Shown: in pieces, positions 37,415 through 40,954 of the stretch
Position numbering within the stretch: the stretch's first letter is position 1
Layout: the number at the start of each line of letters is the position of its first letter
Assembly: GCA_003009755.1 (NCBI GenBank)
Contig: PXUB01000009.1
Coordinates: 1 to 40,954 of the forward strand
Length of the DNA stretch: 40,954 nucleotides
Source: Thermoplasmatales archaeon SW_10_69_26
Lineage (GTDB): Archaea; Thermoplasmatota; SW-10-69-26
Direction: 5' to 3'
The notes under the pieces: generated by a model
Told to the model about the DNA's origin: nothing
The model's input: only the letters and a program-made list of their open reading frames with translations
The model's database searches: none
Position numbers and translations under genes: made by a program

Positions 37415-38845
37415 TCAGGACCCCGTCTCGGCAAACGCGTAGGCGGTCGCCCACTCGTTCGTCGTCCAGGTGAGCATCGTGCGATCGTCGACGACCTCGA
37501 CATCGTAGTAGTCGTCGGCGGGTCCGCGGTTGGGGGACGGGTTGCTCTCGGTCGAGGTCTCGGGCGGCTTCAGCTCAGTCTCGGCCACAATGGTCAGGTT
37601 GGCCGGGTGCAGGACGACGTGGGCGACCGGGCGCTGGCCGCGATCGTACGGGGCGAAGGTGGCAGGCGAGTGCGTGAACAGGACGTGCACGTAGCCGTCG
37701 GCGCCGGCGCCCATCGCGTAGACGAAGGGGTTGACGAGCGGTTCGGGCCAGTCCTCGTTGACGGTCGCCTCCTCGATGACGTCGATCGAGACGTTCCACG
37801 TCTCCCCACCATCCGGGCTGTGGGCCATCTGGCCGCCATAGCAGGCGGAGACGATCACGTCGTCGATCGGGTTGGCCAGGAACGGGGAGTTGACCGGGCA
37901 GCCGCCCTCGACGGCGGCGAGCCGGTCGAGGCCGCCAGTCACGGGATCGAGCTCGTAGACGTCGAACTGACCGTCGTGCTCGCAGGCGACGAGGAGCCCG
38001 GCCGAGGTCGCTTCCACCGGGGAGATGCTGTCGCAGGACTCCAGCAGGCTCGCGTTGCCCGGCGTCCGCCACGTCTCACCGGCGTCCGTGCTCGTCGCGA
38101 TCGACGAGGTGCTGTTGGGCTGGTTGCGCCAGCTCGTGAACAGGATCCCGTTGACCGGCCCGGTAAGCCACTGGCGGTCGTGGTCGGTGTCCGCCGCCAG
38201 CAGGGTCTCGTGCTCCCACGAGTCGCCGAGGTCGGTGGATCGCATCGCGAAGACCCGGGTCTCGGACTGCTCCACGAAGCCAGGGTTGTCCGACGGTTCG
38301 CCGGGTGGCTCCTGGAAGGAGATCAGGCCCGTGAAGTGCAGCCGGCCCGCCTCGTCGAACACGAGCGAGGGGTCGGCGCCGCTGCGGTCCCGAGCCGGTA
38401 TCGTCTCGGGGACGTCGCCGAGCGGAATCGGGTTGCGCTCCCAGCTCTCGCCGGCGTCGGTCGTGACGTAGACGGCGAGTCCGACGTTCTCGGCGCCGCT
38501 GTTCTCCTCCTGGCCGCTGGGCTGGGCCTTGCCTTCCATGACACCGACGGCGATCGTGGCCGGATCGGTGGGGTGCACGGCCTGGAAGGGTTCACCCAGC
38601 GTGCGCAAGGGATCCTCGATCAGGCCCGCGCAAACGTCGCCCGTCGGTTGGAAGGTCGCGCCCTCGGGGCAGGGGTAGGAGACGTTCACCTCGGCCGGCA
38701 GCTCGGTGACGGGCGAGGCCTGGTTCTCCTCGCTGGCGTCCCCCGCCGGCCTAGAGCCTCCTGCATCGGAACCGACCTCGAGGCATCCCCCGATGAAGAC
38801 GACAGAGAGAAGAACGGCTGCCGTACACAGCCTCCGGATGTCCAT
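37415..38845 (-). CDS. BNR/Asp-box (sialidase-like) beta-propeller lipoprotein, paralog of 28049-29785
   Basis: Lipobox IGGC; Asp-boxes TTDAGESW, STDLGDSW, STDAGETW, SPDGGETW. Confidence 0.85.
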   Translation of the reverse strand: MDIRRLCTAAVLLSVVFIGGCLEVGSDAGGSRPAGDASEENQASPVTELPAEVNVSYPCPEGATFQPTGDVCAGLIEDPLRTLGEPFQAVHPTDPATIAVGVMEGKAQPSGQEENSGAENVGLAVYVTTDAGESWERNPIPLGDVPETIPARDRSGADPSLVFDEAGRLHFTGLISFQEPPGEPSDNPGFVEQSETRVFAMRSTDLGDSWEHETLLAADTDHDRQWLTGPVNGILFTSWRNQPNSTSSIATSTDAGETWRTPGNASLLESCDSISPVEATSAGLLVACEHDGQFDVYELDPVTGGLDRLAAVEGGCPVNSPFLANPIDDVIVSACYGGQMAHSPDGGETWNVSIDVIEEATVNEDWPEPLVNPFVYAMGAGADGYVHVLFTHSPATFAPYDRGQRPVAHVVLHPANLTIVAETELKPPETSTESNPSPNRGPADDYYDVEVVDDRTMLTWTTNEWATAYAFAETGS

Positions 38846-38996
38846 CGCTGAAATGGTGAATCTCACCGAAGAAAAACATTGGGTTTCCATCGTTGGCGGG
38901 TGCGGGGAATCGAGCAGCGACAGAAAGGCCCCTACCGCCGCCAAACGGGGCTGTAAGGACACCCGAATTCTTTCCTTGTCGACCTTTGCCCCTTCG

Positions 38997-39170
38997 ATGG
39001 CTCTCCCGCGTTCCGATCTCTGCTTCATCGCGTTCCTTGCTTTGGCGGCCATAGTTATCGGAATAGGAAGCGGGGGAGTGATCGCTTCGAGCCACAGCGA
39101 TTCGCCAGCGGTCGTGCCAGTTGACGTCCGGTCCCATCCGCCCCTAGAGGAGAGGGAGTTCTGGGACTGA
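38997..39170 (+). pseudogene. 5' fragment of a secreted-protein gene fused in frame to the lhr terminal codons (REFWD*)
   Basis: MALPRSDLCFIAFLALAAIVIGIG...PPLEE|REFWD*; the junction coincides with the start of repeat copy B. Confidence 0.6.
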
Positions 39171-39434
39171 ACATCTCCTTTTTCAACGGGGCCCTGGTGC
39201 GTGGCGACCCCCGGGAAACGAAGATCTTCGGAAAGGATGCGAGGGTTCGCCTGGCCCCAGGAACCCTCGCAATCCGCCCGAAGCGGAGCTTCGGCCTCTC
39301 CGGAGACCGAACGGTTTCGCCGGTCTCCGGAAGAAAACGGGGGCCGCCAGCGTTCGCAGACGCCGACGGAGGCGGCCCGGCGTCTCCGGAGAGGACGGAT
39401 CTCCGATCCGTCCGCAACGCAGGCCCCATCGACG
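39154..39434 (+). repeat. 281-bp direct repeat copy B
   Basis: Offset 3773 bp from copy A. Confidence 0.95.
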
Positions 39435-39553
39435 ATGACCTTCGACGCTGCTCTACTTCCCGCACGACGACCGTCGCTTGACGGGCTCCTGCGCGAAGGT
39501 GCGCGATGCGGCGATGGTGGGGCCGGGTTCGCGGTAACGGTCGGTGATCCGAT

Positions 39554-40495
39554 CTACCCTTCTTCGCAGGTCAACGTCGGGTCCATCCCGTTCGCGGGAA
39601 GCCCGCCAGGGTGGGGTGGGGGTACCGCGAAGGAAGCCAGACCCAAGGGTCCCTGGCTCTGTGCGGATAGGGATAGCGCAAAGCCGTCGTCCATCTGCCT
39701 CGTCAGGCAGAGGATCCCCGGCGCTTTCGCATCCGACCAGGACCGGCAGACGTCCTCTGTCGATTCGACGCAGTAGGTGAGGTCGGCGGACGAGACGACG
39801 ATCTGGGTCGTCGAGACCCAGTTCGCATAGCCCTGCAGCTCCCCCCGGGCATCCTCGATGATCGTGGGCCCGAACCGGCTTGTCGCAGCGATCTCGGCGT
39901 CGAGATCCGCCAGGTCCCACGCGAGAGGGGATCGATCGAGGCTCCTCGTCTCCACCTCGGCCGCTCCGGTCCAGTTCAGCCAGACGGTCAGGTCCCGGTC
40001 CTCGGCAAGGCCCAATCCGAAGACCAAGGCCGGATCCGCGGGACCGCGGTCGAGCGTGAAATGGCGCTCCCCCTCCTCTGTTCCATTGAGGAGCTCCGGA
40101 CTCACCGGCGAGCTCGAGAACGACTGCCTGGCCAGGCCCCCTCTGAGGGTCGGTGAGTTCACGGAGTCCATCGCCACCGCGAGCGGAACGTCGGTCCGCG
40201 TTCCGTTCGGGTAGACGAACCCCACGACCTCCGGATCAGGGCCATCGTTGGTGAGAGTGTACGCGAGCGAGAACTTAGCGTCCACGGCCTCCTCGACGCT
40301 GACCACCATCGTCGGGCGATCGCCGTCGAGGTGGACCGCGAGAGAACGGTTCTCCTCCAGGGAGGAGGAAGCGTTTTCACGGACTTCCGAAGAGGAGGGG
40401 TCGACGTGGCCTCCGCTGGCGACGATGATCCCTCCCACAATCAAGGTCATCGCCACCACCAAGGGGAGACCCAGCCGACGATCAACGACAGCCAT
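39554..40495 (-). CDS. Hypothetical membrane-anchored/secreted protein
   Basis: N-terminal TM helix; acidic beta-rich body; start overlaps the stop of the upstream gene (TGATG). Confidence 0.7.
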   Translation of the reverse strand: MAVVDRRLGLPLVVAMTLIVGGIIVASGGHVDPSSSEVRENASSSLEENRSLAVHLDGDRPTMVVSVEEAVDAKFSLAYTLTNDGPDPEVVGFVYPNGTRTDVPLAVAMDSVNSPTLRGGLARQSFSSSPVSPELLNGTEEGERHFTLDRGPADPALVFGLGLAEDRDLTVWLNWTGAAEVETRSLDRSPLAWDLADLDAEIAATSRFGPTIIEDARGELQGYANWVSTTQIVVSSADLTYCVESTEDVCRSWSDAKAPGILCLTRQMDDGFALSLSAQSQGPLGLASFAVPPPHPGGLPANGMDPTLTCEEG

Positions 40496-40953
40496 CAGCA
40501 GACGCTCGTTAGCGCACTTCCGTACGATTCCAACTTAAGGTTGTCGCTGTTGGCGAGGAGGTTATCGGAATGACCCCAGGTCATGAAGCAGGCAGCGGGA
40601 CCCAGGCACTCCACGTAAGCGTTGCCAGGCCCTGCGGTCGACGCGGCGAGGAACGTCCCCGCAGAATTAGCGTCGGTGTAAGTCATGGAGCTGTAGTCCC
40701 CATCCCAGTCCACCAATGTTCCAGAACCGACCTTGGCTGCCTTTGCCACTCCCCCTTCGACCACGATCGGAATATGCGTACCACCAACCACCAGCTCCCA
40801 ATTGGTAAGTCCCGGTAGAGCGCCCGCACAACCTGCAGAAATCCCCTCAATCACTTTCAAAACCTCATCAACGGGGTCCGACGGAGATTTTTCCAGATCC
40901 GATTCAAATTCGCACTCCTTTTTGACGAGTGAGAACTCTTGCCGGAACTCGTC
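40495..40953 (-). CDS. Hypothetical protein, partial (5' end beyond window)
   Basis: Frame is open to the window edge (DEFRQEFSLVKKECEF...LTSVC*); visibly more AT-rich codons. Confidence 0.65.
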   Translation of the reverse strand, partial: DEFRQEFSLVKKECEFESDLEKSPSDPVDEVLKVIEGISAGCAGALPGLTNWELVVGGTHIPIVVEGGVAKAAKVGSGTLVDWDGDYSSMTYTDANSAGTFLAASTAGPGNAYVECLGPAACFMTWGHSDNLLANSDNLKLESYGSALTSVC

Positions 40954-40954
40954 T

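Noticed and set aside
37001-38851. 616-aa plus-strand ORF containing the Lhr-like peptide
   Set aside because: Only 37256-37372 is Lhr-like; the rest is the antisense shadow of the BNR lipoprotein, read through because the relic stop mutated to CGA.
35381-39434. Diversity-generating retroelement (template/variable repeat)
   Set aside because: Mismatches between copies are not adenine-specific, the repeat is mostly non-coding, and no reverse transcriptase is in the window.
35381-39434. Composite transposon or provirus bounded by the direct repeats
   Set aside because: No transposase, integrase, replication or virion gene is recognisable between or near the repeats.

Overview
High-GC archaeal DNA with a strongly acidic predicted proteome. 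The archaeal PheT, NAC and initiator tRNA (A1:U72, close to the Thermoplasma initiator as I recall it), plus Sec-type LxGC lipoproteins without twin-arginine motifs, suggest a halophilic member of Thermoplasmatota (inference). Housekeeping content: purM, transaldolase/FSA, a CtaA-CtaB fusion, an ABC-2 exporter, a crotonase, pheT, tRNA-Val(CAC), tRNA-iMet, a CPBP protease, an RraA-family protein, a CocE/NonD hydrolase, NAC, NnrE-NnrD, and a metallophosphoesterase-Lhr helicase pair. These are interleaved with many secreted or lipoprotein genes. The most striking structure is at the right end, where the lhr 3' end occurs three times: the native end (to 35397), a diverged 38-codon relic (37256-37372), and a near-identical 281-bp copy of the last 17 bp plus a highly folded trailer (39154-39434). 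The copies delimit successive blocks of surface-protein genes, and no integrase is visible, so this looks like a cassette-accreting island anchored on a protein-coding gene end. A miniature version occurs at the transaldolase 3' end, and structured tandem repeats follow both tRNAs (one with a compensatory base-pair swap). The Lhr itself lacks helicase motif VI through an in-frame deletion. All family calls come from motif recognition by eye; no searches or folding programs were run.
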